A stretch of DNA of 63,891 nt, filler included, from Thraustochytrium aureum (taxonomy: Eukaryota), in NCBI GenBank assembly GCA_012862495.1. It is 8 parts of 6 records of this genome, joined end to end, with 100 filler letters (N's around TTAATTAATTAA, not from the genome) between each part and the next. Parts side by side here need not be neighbours in the genome. Positions count along the whole stretch, not along the records: positions 1 to 9,565 come from BLSG01000419.1; positions 9,666 to 20,731 come from BLSG01000419.1; 6 more parts are not named here. The stretch is one strand, 5' to 3'. The notes under the pieces are model-generated. The model did no database searches. It was not told where the DNA came from and saw only the letters and a program-made list of their open reading frames with translations. Shown here piece by piece: positions 1 through 11,347 of this stretch. Every line of letters starts with the position of its first letter. Positions within the stretch are counted from its first letter, which is position 1. The position numbers and the translations under genes are program-made.

Positions 1-3000
1 CGCGTGCCGCTTCGGCCTGAGGACGAGCGGCGAACGCTGTTTGACGCGCTGGTAAAGTTTACGCTCCTCAACTCGACCCAGGAGATGCGCCCCAAGCACA
101 TCGAGTGCGTGCGGGCCGTGGTCGAGGTCGTGCAAACGGAGGGGGACTTTCTCGGCTCGAGCTGGGAGCAGGCCCTTGTCTGCTTTTCGCAGCTAGCCCG
201 CATGCAGCTGTACGCCTCAGGGAACGGGGAGGCCATGTCTCCCGGAGGTGGGCCGTCGCCCGGGAGCGCACAGCGCCGCAGGTACTCGTCCGCCACGAAG
301 AGAAAGTCCTCCGGCGCCTCGGCCTCTGGCGGTGCCCCCTTGGGCGGCAGTGCCTTGGCGGCATCGGACGGGTCTATTTTCAGCTACTTTCAGACCCCTG
401 TCTCTGCGGAGGAGAAGGCGCGCATCACAGACGAGGACAACGCAACGCGTGTCTTGAGGGCCCTTGACATGATCCTGATCGACCGGATCTTCCTAGACTC
501 GGTCAACCTGGGCACCTCGGCGATCATCGACATGGTCCACGCCCTGTGCGCCGTGTCGCGAATCGAGCTGATGACCTCGTCCAAGTCGAACAGCGTGCTT
601 GGTCGCGCCCAGCTCGACAACAAGCCCCGCATTTTTTCGCTGCAGAAGATTGTCGAGGTGGCGGACTCCAACATGGATATTCGGCCGCGATTTGTGTGGG
701 GCCGGATCTGGGCGGTGCTGTCGCAGCACTTCACAATGGCCGGCTGCCACAAGGACGTGCAGATCTCGATGTACGCCGTAGATTCGCTGCGCCAGCTCTC
801 GGTCAAGTTTCTCGAGAAGGACGAGCTCGCGGGGTTCAACTTTCAGCTTCAGTTCATGGAGCCATTCGAGGACATGATGACGAGCTCTGCCAGCCCAGAC
901 CTGCGTGACCTTGTTTTGCGGTGCATCGAAAACATCATCCTGAGCCGCGCCGAGCACCTGCGTTCAGGGTGGCGCGTCGTCCTCAACGTCCTCTCTGCAG
1001 GGGGGAAAGATCGCTCCCCGGAGATCGCCGCGCTGGCCTTTTCGGTGCTCGAGCGCCTGGTGCGCGACCACCTGTCCGCGATCGACAACTATTTCAACGA
1101 GCTGGTCTCGTGCCTCCTGTCGTTCGCGGCCAACCAGGCCAGCTCGCCCAAGCTGTGCGACGAGGCGACGCGGCTTATCGAGACCGCGCTGGACGAGGTG
1201 CTCACTCGCTCTGCAGCGGCCGATGGCGGCGCGCGCGCGGAGGTCGTCAACGTCGGCGCGCTGGACCTCGCCTCGGCGCCCGGTCGCATCGCCCGGTTTT
1301 GGTCGCTGCTGCGCGCCCTGGCCGCTCTTATCGGCGATAGCAGGCCTGCGGTGCGCCGTCGCGCAATTGAAGCGCTGTTTTCCCGGCTCGAGCTGTACGC
1401 GCTTGCGTTCACACCGTCGACTTGGGCGCTCATTTTGCAGCGCGGCCTTCTTCCGCTCGTGGAGCACCTGCTGGGGGGCCTGCGCCCCTTTTCGCGGAGC
1501 TCGCTTGTGCGGCTAGAGGCCATGCAGCGGGCGGTGGCGCTCACGGGCGGCGAGGACTGGGCTGCGCTTGATGGCGTGGTTGCCCAGGCCTCGCGGCCCC
1601 TGGCGGCACAATCGCTCGTGAGAGCGGCGCCCCGACGTTTGCGCACACCACGCTGGCCGTGTTGCTGGCGCGAATCGTCGACCTGGTCCTCATCGCCATG
1701 TGGGTCGGCCACGGCGCACTGCCGGGGGCGTTGTTTCATGAGGATTCGGCGGCCGGCCGCGCCGCGAGCGGCAGCGTGGAGGACGGTGGCGGGCCCGCAG
1801 GAACGCCCGCTGCGCGGCGCGTCTCGGAAGCCGGCTCTGTCCCCGCGCGAGGCCCCGCGGCGCCTAGCAGCGACAGCGAAATGGCCTCGTGGCGCGCGGC
1901 GATGGACGAGGCGATTCTGGCAAAGTTGGTGTGGCCTCTCGTGGCAGTGCTTGAGCGATTCGCGCTCGGCGACAGCGACGTGTTCGCCAACGTCGGGATG
2001 AGCCAGCTGAGCCGCTTCTTGGAGCTCGGCGCGGGCCGCTTCGACTCGGTCGCCTGGGGTGAAGGTCTGCAAGCTGATCCAAGACGTGATCGCTGACTCC
2101 ACGCCGGCGTTCCTGACGAGCGCGAAGACTCGGCAGTGGCTCCGGCTCGAGGAGCCTGCGAACGGGTCTCCGGAGAAGGGCCGGCGGGCCGCGCGAGACG
2201 GGTCTGGCGACGCAGAGCCGGCTGCTGCGGCAGGCGACAGCTTTGTGTTCCCGACGCCGAAGGAGGGCGACGCGCTCCCGTTCAGCGGCGCGACGGCGTT
2301 CACGATGTGCTCTGTTCACTTGCAGGTTCTGCAGCTCGTTGGGCATGTGGTGCCGGGCAACTTGGCCGAGATCAGTGAGCACGACATCTTCGTGGTGTTG
2401 GACTCGCTGCGGCACAGCATCGACTTTGCCCACGAGTTTAACGACGACCTCGCGTTGCGCGTCGAGTTGCACAAGCGCGGTTTTATGCAGCACGCGGGCG
2501 AAGCGAATGGCAAGTTGCCGGGGCATGCTGCCTCTTCTGCTGTGCCGACGCTGCTGCGCCAGGAGACGCTGGCGCTTAGCAAGTACCTCTCGCTGCTGTT
2601 CCGTCTGGACGCAGAGTTTGAGCAGGGCAACCTGAAGCGGGCTGGGATAAGCGAGGCTGCGGTGGCAACGATGCGGAAGCGGCTCGAGGAGACCTTGCAC
2701 ATGTTGTTCATGCACTACTTGTTTCAGGACCGCGTTCTTTCTGCAGAGCACGAGCGCGACACTGGGGTGCGCAGGGATAGCTTTGCGCGCCACGAGGAGT
2801 CTGAGGCCGAGGTAGACTTGCGTTTTTTACGCCCGTGGTGCTGCTGTGCTTGCGTGAGGTTCTCGACTGGGACATGGCCAACATTTCTAAAAACCTGGCC
2901 TGGTTGTACCCATTGCTGACGGCCCTTCTGGACTGTGGCAGCAGGGAAGTTCACGCAGCGCTGCGGCAGATCTTTTGACCAGCGCATTTCCAAGCTTTTG

Positions 3001-3021
3001 GGCCTCGGCCCGAAGGCGTAG
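1..3021 (+). CDS. ARFGEF: Brefeldin A-inhibited ARF guanine nucleotide exchange factor (BIG/Sec7 family), C-terminal HDS domains; 5'-partial, four frame breaks
   Basis: Motifs FSLQKIVEVADSNMDIRPRFVWGRIW, YAVDSLRQLSVKFLEKDELAGFNFQ and SGWRVVLNVL are typical of BIG/Sec7. Reading continues through ORFs 1659-2096 and 2059-2919 and ends ...AWLYPLLTALLDCGSREVHAALRQIFDQRISKLLGLGPKA* (TAG 3019-3021). Breaks lie near 1583 (CCC), 2056 (GGGG), 2823 (T6) and 2973 (T4). Confidence 0.92.
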
Positions 3022-3292
3022 AGGCCGCGGCTCTGGTGAGCATAGCGCTCGCGCGCGCCCGCGCGCACGAGAGAGAGAGACACAGAGAGAGAGGGCGCTT
3101 CAATTGCATATGCGAACCAGCGAGTGGGCAAACTTCGGCCCGCTTCTCGCGTTCCGAAGCATGCGCTGGAGCCAGAGAGGGCGAGCGACCTGGTGGTTGA
3201 AGGGGAGGAGTCAGTCTCGTTAACAAAGTCCATTTCATTGATCATGATCGAGAAGGGTGCGCGCGCTGTTGTAGAGTACTCGTAAAGCTCAC

Positions 3293-4865
3293 TCAAAGCC
3301 CAGACAAGAGGTCGCGAGCCTCCTGCTTGGCGTCTTGGTCGTCCGGCGCAGGGGACGACGGGGTTTTGATCAGTGCCTCCAGGGTCGCCCTTGCAGCGTC
3401 GCGCTGCCCAGTTTGCGCCTGGCAACGGCCGACCTCGAGCAAGTCGCGCAGGGCCGGGCCGCCCTCGCGCAGGTCTTTGGCGCGCAAAAAGCACTCTAGC
3501 GCCTCCTGGTAGGTAGTTTTTGGGCGGCTCCTGGCCAAAGATGGCCTTGGCGGCCATGCGCTCTGCCCAAGAAAGCTTGGCCACCTCGAAGGAGAACCGC
3601 CCGAGCATGTAGTGCAGCGTGGCGTCCTCGGGCGCGAGCTCGATCGCAAGCTTTGTGTGCTCGGCGAAGAGGCCGCCGGCCTTGATCTTCTCTTTGGTCC
3701 CTTGGTGGTTGGAGAACTCTTGAACGCATATGGCGTAGTATTTGTGCGAGATCGCCTCGCCTGGGAAACGCTCGAGAAGCTCCGTGCAGGCCTGCAGGGC
3801 GGCCTCGAGGCGGCGGAGGCGCTCTGGGTCTGTCAGCGAGCCGCTGTTTCGGCGCTGCAACTCTGCAGCCATGTAGCCCGCTCGGGCGACGCGCCAAAGC
3901 GTCTCAAAGTCGAGGTCCTCTCCGCGCGCGAGAACGGCCTCGCACAGCGCCCAGGCCTCCTCGTGCCGATGCTCGGTGTCCATGAGGTCCAATTGCTCGT
4001 GCTCCTTGGCGAGCGCGGCTGCAGCTGCGGCTTGGATTCCTTCGGCCTGGTCAGCGTCTGCTGGGGCCTGGGTTTGCGGCGGGGCAAGCGCGGCGCGCAG
4101 AGCCGCGAGCACGGCGCGGACGTCCGCCTTGTCCGAGTCGTCTCGCCCGCTGAGAGGGAGGCGCTGGCCGGATTTGTTGGTTTCCGACGCGGCGGCGAGC
4201 GCCCCGAGCGCGCTCGCGCTCACAGGCTGCAGAGCGAGCGCGGCGCCGGCTCCGAGCCCAGCTGCGGCGCCGGCGAGCGCCCAGGCAAACGCTCTTGCGC
4301 CTCGCTTGAGGGCAACTAGCAACAGCGCGAGGGCGAGAGACGCCCCTGCGACCGCTCCGATCCTGGAGGCCAAGGCGCGCACCGCGGCAGCGAGGCGCGC
4401 CATCTTGCGCGCGTGAAAGCGCAAGGCCAGAAGCTCGAGCGCTGCGGCGGGGTTGGCCCCCAGGAGGTCTGACTTTGGGCGTCGCGAGGGCTCGTGCGGC
4501 GCCCGGCTCGGGTCTAGGCCCACAAAGTCCATGACAGCGTCTCTAAGGCCCGGCTGCGCATCACAAAGCACGCGCGCGATCTCGCCTGCGAGCTCGCCTC
4601 TCGCTTGTGCGTCCACCAAGAGCTTGTTCCTGTCAGGGAGCGAGACGGGCTGGACGCCGTTTGCCACGAGCGTCTCGTTGAGCGCCACGATCTCCTCGTC
4701 CTTCCGCCAGGTCGCGAAGCGCTCGCTGCCGCCCTCGCGCTCCTCCTCCACCTCAATAAACACGGACGTGTACGCGGCGCGTCCTTTGGGGCTCACGCGT
4801 TGTGCAGAGTGGATTCTCACCGCCATTCCGCTCGACTTGCCGTCATTCCCATCCACCCTCACCAT
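3293..4865 (-). CDS. RMDN/FAM82 (regulator of microtubule dynamics, PTPIP51-like) TPR protein with an N-terminal PX-like region and two hydrophobic segments; one frame break
   Basis: FETLWRVARA, HKYYAICV, GTKEKIKAG, AIELAPEDATLHYMLGRFSFEVAKLSWAERMAAKAIFGQEPP and TYQEALECFLRA match the RMDN family. There is an extra A in the run at 3517-3521 and the tail is in ORF 3293-3649. Likely ATG at 4865. Confidence 0.85.
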
Positions 4866-5376
4866 GGCGCCAGAGCGCGGTCGCGTGGCCAGCCAGCCGT
4901 CCGTCCGTCCGTGCAGGTCAACCAGCAAGCCCTGCGCCGCCTGTCTGCCTGCCGCGTGGCCGTCTCTTTCGGGGCGGCCTTTCGCGCTTTGGCGGTGTGC
5001 GTCTGTCGTCTTCAGGAGTCTCCAAAGCGATGCGTTTTTGCCTGTTTTTTTGCTGTGCACGAGCGCGTTGGAGATGTGCTCTAGCTAGCTAGCGTGTTCA
5101 AGGCGCTGCTCTAGAGCGTGCTTGCGAGCGAGCCCCGAGGGCCGAGGGTCTCGCCGAGCTCCCGGGGAGTCTTTGACGAGTCGAGGCCGTGGTGCTCGCC
5201 CAACGCCGCGCTTTCCGCGGTCGGGACAGCGGCGTTTGTGGGCTGGGCACGGTGTTTCGGCCCTCGGCGGCCTGTCTTTGCTCGCTTATCTTTGGGCCAA
5301 GGAGGGATGGCAAGGCCTTGGTTGGAGCGGGTGCAGCGCACAGACGCGTGTTGAGCATCTCTCTGTCGGTCTGGTT

Positions 5377-6004
5377 CTAGCTACTAGGTGGGGGTCGGCC
5401 TGAGCAGGTCAACAGGTAGGGCGGCTGCCCTGGCCCGCTCGCTCGATGACCTGGAATGCGGTGCCCAACATCCTTTCGGCGACCCAAATTGCCGTCCGCG
5501 TGTGCAGAGTCAACGGCCCAGTCAAAACTCGCGATGGCCCGTCGGCGAGCGCCATAAACACGACGAGCTGGTCTTGCAGGTGCTCGTCGACAGCCGCACC
5601 GGTCGCAAGGGCCTCAAGGAGCGCGATAGCCGCGCTTCGGCCGGCCGATGCCGCGTCCGCCTCGGCCACGGTTTCGGGCCGCTCTGTGCTTTTCGGGGGC
5701 TTGCCGCGCTTCCTCTTCGACAGCACCCGTGCGCGTGCGGAGCCGCTCAGACGACAGCCCGTGGAGGTGACCGCAACGACGAGCAGGCCCAGCGCAGTGC
5801 CGGGGCGGCCCGGCTGTGCCACCTGATGCTCCGACTCAACCAACACGCCATCGAGCGCTCCACGACCGTTGAGTACGGACCGCGCAGCATCGAGCATGGC
5901 CTCCGCGCGCTCCGGTGCGACGTCCTCGCTGGCGAACGAGACAAGGCGTATTGCAGTGACGCTGCCGCGGTCTTGGAGCAGGATCGGGCGGAGCGAGCGC
6001 GAGC
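5377..6004 (-). CDS. RTCA: RNA 3'-terminal phosphate cyclase, C-terminal part (5' end lost in the N gap)
   Basis: GAAVDEHLQDQLVVFMALADGPSRVLTGPLTLHTRTAIWVAE is the RtcA C-terminal signature. The tail ...PYLLTCSGRPPPSS* follows a frame break near 5428. Confidence 0.88.
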
Positions 6005-6642
6005 NNNNNNNNNNNNNNNNNNNNNNNNNNNNNNNNNNNNNNNNNNNNNNNNNNNNNNNNNNNNNNNNNNNNNNNNNNNNNNNNNNNNNNNNNNNNNNNN
6101 NNNNNNNNNNNNNNNNNNNNNNNNNNNNNNNNNNNNNNNNNNNNNNNNNNNNNNNNNNNNNNNNNNNNNNNNNNNNNNNNNNNNNNNNNNNNNNNNNNNN
6201 NNNNNNNNNNNNNNNNNNNNNNNNNNNNNNNNNNNNNNNNNNNNNNNNNNNNNNNNNNNNNNNNNNNNNNNNNNNNNNNNNNNNNNNNNNNNNNNNNNNN
6301 NNNNNNNNNNNNNNNNNNNNNNNNNNNNNNNNNNNNNNNNNNNNNNNNNNNNNNNNNNNNNNNNNNNNNNNNNNNNNNNNNNNNNNNNNNNNNNNNNNNN
6401 NNNNNNNNNNNNNNNNNNNNNNNNNNNNNNNNNNNNNNNNNNNNNNNNNNNNNNNNNNNNNNNNNNNNNNNNNNNNNNNNNNNNNNNNNNNNNNNNNNNN
6501 NNNNNNNNNNNNNNNNNNNNNNNNNNNNNNNNNNNNNNNNNNNNNNNNNNNNNNNNNNNNNNNNNNNNNNNNNNNNNNNNNNNNNNNNNNNNNNNNNNNN
6601 NNNNNNNNNNNNNNNNNNNNNNNNNNNNNNNNNNNNNNNNNN

Positions 6643-7140
6643 GACCAAGTCGGGGTTGGACGTGTACGGTCGACCGATCGCAATCGTGTCGGCGTCGCCG
6701 CCGCTCGCCACGGCCTCCCCGGCTGTCTCGGGGTTTCAGTGTCCTCGCGGGCCGTGGCGCTGTCGGCCTCTGCGATGAATTTGCGAGCACGCTTGAGCGT
6801 GTGCGGCTCGTGGAGCTCGTGGAGCTCGTGGAAACCAAAGCCGAGCCCGTCCTTGATGCAGACGTTCGCGAGGCCACCCGCCGCGCAGATCTTGATCGCG
6901 GCGTCGAAGGTTGCCGTTTGGCGAGGACTTGATGCCGACGCGGGTTGGCTCGCCGGAATGCTGTTGAGGGGCAGCTGAATGAATCGCAGACGGCTCTCGA
7001 GGGAGCCGCCGAACTCGTCCATGCGCTGGTTCGCGCTCGACTGCAGGAACATGTCGGGCAGGTACCCGCTTTTCGCGCTGTGGATCTCGACCGTGTCTAA
7101 CCCCGACTTGGCCGTGTTTGCGGCCGCAGTGCCAAAAGCA
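6643..7140 (-). pseudogene. Degenerate old yellow enzyme (NADH:flavin oxidoreductase) fragment
   Basis: AFGTAAANTAKSGLDTVEIHSAKSGYLPDMFLQSSANQRMDEFGGSLESRLRF, DGLGFGFHEL and GDADTIAIGRPYTSNPDLV are present. The HGANGY motif is corrupted, internal segments are missing and there is a frame change. Confidence 0.75.
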
Positions 7141-9565
7141 CGGCCGAGAACTCTGCTTGCACAAGCCTTGCTCGCGCGAGTATGGCGAGTTGCGCCGTGG
7201 CGTTTCGCGAAGCAGAAAGGAGCGGCAGCCATGCACCGAACGTGGCGGTCTTCGGCAAGGCCGTCCTGGCTTGCGCGATTCAAGCCTTGGGGTTCGCTCG
7301 CCAGCGGCTCGTGCCTTTGCATGCTTCGCGAGGAAGTTGCCTGCTCCTACTCCTTTGATCCGCAAGAGACCATCAGCAAGTTTTTTCCACGGACTTTTTC
7401 GTGCCAACACCACAAGGCTGCCTGTCACGCGTCAAGTTGTGAGCCATCTGTGTACTCGAGTACTTGCTTTTGAATTGATTTTTGCCATTTGCACTTTGGC
7501 TTCCTGCCGTCATGGGGCTCGCCTGGGCCGTCTCCTCCGTGGCGCAGCAAGATGTCAACCAGACCCGATCGTCGGTCTGGGAGCGCCGTTTCGCTCAGAC
7601 TTCTGGAGTCGTGGTCAAGCGCGTAAGCAGATCACACCAACCATTTGTAGGAGTCGCTGCGCAACGCTTCAGAAACGTGGGAGCCTGCGGTGATGTGTGG
7701 GCCTGCCGGTGGATGAATAAGCTCTTGACGCAACAAGGCCTGCTCACACCGTGACACGGTTGCGCACGTTCAAAAAGCGAAGGTACAGTACCTACTGCAG
7801 AAGGTAGGCCAGCACAAGCAGAAGGAGGAAGGGAAGGCTCTTGCTGACAGCATGGAGTCGCCGAAGCGGCATTCCGGAGAAGGCGTGTCGCAAGAGAAGA
7901 GAAGGGGGCCGCCCCGATCGACCGAAAGCTGCGTCCCCATGCCTGCGCGCATTGAACTGAATGCACGCGGGGACAAGACATCAGAACAGATCTTACACCG
8001 AGAGCTCCGCTGCGTCTTGACGTTGCAGTTGCCAACGATCACCAGCCAAGCCACTCTCACCAAGTCACGTGAATTGTTCAGAAACTCAGACCGCAGCACG
8101 GAGTGCCAGAATCCAACGAGGGGAATCTCTTTGTTTTCGCCGAGGCGGGCTCGAGTTGAAGCTCCAGCACCCTCCGCGAACGAACATCAACATTGATGAC
8201 TCGACTCAGGTGAGTTGGAGTGCACAACAATCTCGTTTCCCGCTTCGATTGATGAAAGGCTCCACGCACGCAGCGAGTCTTCTGCCAGTTGGACCAAGGA
8301 GGATCCGCCTTGGTGGAACATTGAATGGCAAGTTGCAACGGCCTCGTCGGGCACAATTTTGCTCTGGTGGGCGCAGCAGAGGCCCCATGTCCTGCTCGCT
8401 CAGCTGACCATCGCGAGAGCCACCTGATGAGCGAGCGAACGACTACCTATGTAGACCGGCCTGATGAGTACGGCAAGGCACAGCAGTAAATCAAGGAGGA
8501 TGCTCCTTGATCAATCAAATGGTCATTGTCACTCGCGTCTCCGACGCAAGGATGCCTCCCTCCCGTTACCACCAGTTCAGGGCGGTCCGCCGTTCAACGA
8601 GCCAGGCGTCTGTCGTCCTGGAGCGGCGAAGCGCGCCGAGATCATGATAACGAACGCCCGACAGCCGTTTCTGCCATCCGCTTGACAAGTGGGATGCCGC
8701 TCTCGCAGCGGCCAGGCCAGCCTTCCAAGCGGCGAGCCATGCAGCTCGCGCGGGCCGCCCGCTGGAAAACCAATCGCCAAGGCGCGGAAAGAGGCCGCAG
8801 AAAAGCGGCTGGCCGCGTGGCTGTTGCAGCCGATCCACACCGCAGACCGCGTGTCGTCAAGACAATCCGCGCTCTCATTGGTCGATTCCCTTGGACGTCC
8901 TTGAGCCGCTTCGGCGATTCCTCGGTGGCGCGCACGCCAAGCTGCGCTTGACCGTGCGTTCAGGCTTCTGTGTTCCTGTTCTCGGATCAAGAGACGGTGG
9001 GTACCTCCTCCTTCTGCTGCGCGGCACGCACCAGACAGACAGGGTCGGGTCAGCCTGGACCGGTCGCCATCTGCGCCGCGCAAGGTAGCGCGCGCAGTCG
9101 CCGTGGCGCTTCGGCTTCCGGTGCCAGTGGCGCAGCTGTGCAATCATCAATCTGCCTGCGCGCTGGTGTGCGTACGGGAAGCGCGGCATTCATTGTCCGT
9201 GATGATCGTCGTCAGTTGTTCTCTTTTTCATCAACAGCATCTTGATTGAAATGCTCCACTGCGTGTTTCTCCACACAACGACAAAAGCCGGTCAGGCGGC
9301 GCGCGGCGCTCAAGGAGAAGGACCGGCGTCTTGATCCGCAGCGGCCTCTCGGCGCATCCCTGGTTGCTCAGTCCTGCTCAAAACAGACGAAGCAAGCCAA
9401 TGAAACGTCCAGTACCCCCGCGAAACGGCGCAGTTCAATCCACGGAGTTGTTCCTCGCGCGGGTATACTGGAAGAAGTCCCGCACCAGGCGGCGATATCC
9501 ACGACAGGTGTGTCTTTTATAACCAGCCTGAGGTCAATTGGATTGGATCTGCAGCAGTTTTTTTT

Positions 9566-9665
9566 NNNNNNNNNNNNNNNNNNNNNNNNNNNNNNNNNNN
9601 NNNNNNNNNTTAATTAATTAANNNNNNNNNNNNNNNNNNNNNNNNNNNNNNNNNNNNNNNNNNNN
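9566..9665. other. Artificial scaffold linker N44-TTAATTAATTAA-N44 (also 20732-20831, 28026-28125, 57753-57852, 60132-60231, 61343-61442, 62650-62749)
   Basis: The same 12-mer, with stops in all six frames, is centred in exactly 100 bp seven times. This is a pseudomolecule spacer. Confidence 0.97.
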
Positions 9666-11347
9666 TGCGTTCTCACCTCATTGCCATCCAACACGACAAG
9701 CTCTAGAGCAACAAAAGTAGGCTCCAAGGCTTGCATTACCTTACTTGACTGCAGCCGCCTCCTTGGGAGTGTCAAGCAATTGTGCGCCAGCAGCGTTTCG
9801 TGTGATCTCTGAACTCACTCGATCAATCCCCGACGATGCAATTCGGAGCTTGGGCAGCTCCGAGCAAGTGATAAATCCCAGTTCACGGACGAACCGAAGG
9901 GATGCGCGGCTCGAAATGGGTTCATTCGTCACTGCAGACTGCCCGTGACGAGCTGTTGCAGCTCGACCTGTCGGTGTCGGCTCATGTAGCTTGCCAGATC
10001 CTGCCTCCTCGGCCGCCGCTCCGCGCACTACCAAGTACCACGACCTTTGCCGACTCTTTCGCCTTCGCACCAATGGTTTTGTTTGTCGTCGGGCGTTGCC
10101 GCCACCGGCGAATTGCTGCCAGTGGTGCCGGGCTGCTACCGACAGACCCAGCGACGTTGCGGTGAGTCCTGCTTGGCACTTCCAGCGCAGGCGAAGCAGC
10201 TCGCCTCCGCCCATTGCATTCCCCAGGTATTCCAGCTTGCTGCCGTCCTCCGCCACGAAACTGAAAGGAAAGAGGAAATCGCTCGTCCTCCTCTCATCAA
10301 TGGACAGAGGATTCAAAAGCACTTGTCGCTCGGCCTAAGCCTGAGCTCGACGAACCGCTTGACCGTGCTCCCCTGCGTCAGACAGCACCCAGGCGGGCGG
10401 TCCCCTACCTGTCTTGCCAGCCACATCGACCAATCGACCGATTCTCATCGACCACGACCAATCGATCTTTCAAGAGATCAACCGATCAATCACCGCTCAG
10501 GCTCGGCTCAGGCCGTCTGTCTGCGTCTTGGCCCGGGGCCAGCGAGGAAAAAAAACGAGAAAACCGATCGCAGACTGATCGTAGGCAATGATCGAAGAAG
10601 ACCAAAACAGTCTCTTCTTCCTCGCACTGTTCTTTAGAAGTAGTAGCTACTCTATAGAGTAGAAGTGAAGGAAAGACAGAAGGAAAAAGGAGCTGAGGGA
10701 CCAATGAGGGACCAATGACTCTTCTGGACTCCAGTGGACCCGAGGGGTGCGCATGCAGGCCGGCAGACCCCCAACGCGAGAGACCAAGGCAGCGCTCACT
10801 GCAGCGGATACCGTAACCGGTCGCCAGGGGATTGGAGCGCGCGTGTTCGGCTGCGCGAGCGAGGCAAGCGCGTGAGGAGCCGGGTGTTTGTTTGCCTTCC
10901 CCCCTCCCTCCCCCGGGGAGGTACCCGCAGGCAACGTACGACGAGGCCGCTTCGGTATCCCCGGCGCGAACAAAGGCTGGACGCGCGGAGGCTTGGGCCG
11001 GCGATCACAGGGAGCGGGGCTGCTTGCAGCGAGACAGAAGGCGGTCGCCGAGCTGCCCAGCCGCTGGGCGCACTGGCGCTGACGGTGGAGGGAGAGGAAG
11101 TACACGAAATTGATCGACAGGCGGCAAGCCCTGTGGTGGTCGGCGCGGAGCAGCCGAGGAAAGCGGCGCTAGGCTGCGGTTGGCGGTCAAGCCCGGGCCG
11201 TTTTGAGGTCCGGGCGTTCAACTAGTTCTCGCCTTGCGTGTCGCGGGGCGGCGGACTTGGCAGGACAGCTCGACGTTTGGGCGGGCGATTCGGCACTACT
11301 CTTGTAAGGCACTAGCTCACAAGCCTGACTGGTCGTAGGTCGCGGCG

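Noticed and set aside
1570..3021. Euplotes-like programmed ribosomal frameshifting, tiny introns or a variant genetic code
   Set aside because: The shifts go in both directions, occur in A, C, G and T runs, and lack a shared slippery-stop motif or GT-AG ends. TAA, TAG and TGA all terminate genes normally.
5409..7322. OYE-RTCA fusion protein suggested by the 637-aa ORF
   Set aside because: The ORF only spans the two pieces by reading through 638 N. The gap most likely holds the RTCA 5' part.
9610..9621. Recurring TTAATTAATTAA palindrome (seven copies) as a biological repeat or element end
   Set aside because: It is always centred in exactly 100 bp of N, so it is an artificial six-frame-stop scaffold linker. 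Gene adjacency across these points is meaningless.
9741..10322. 193-aa minus-strand ORF as a gene
   Set aside because: It has a non-ATG start, no recognisable motif and several competing overlapping ORFs, so it cannot be supported.
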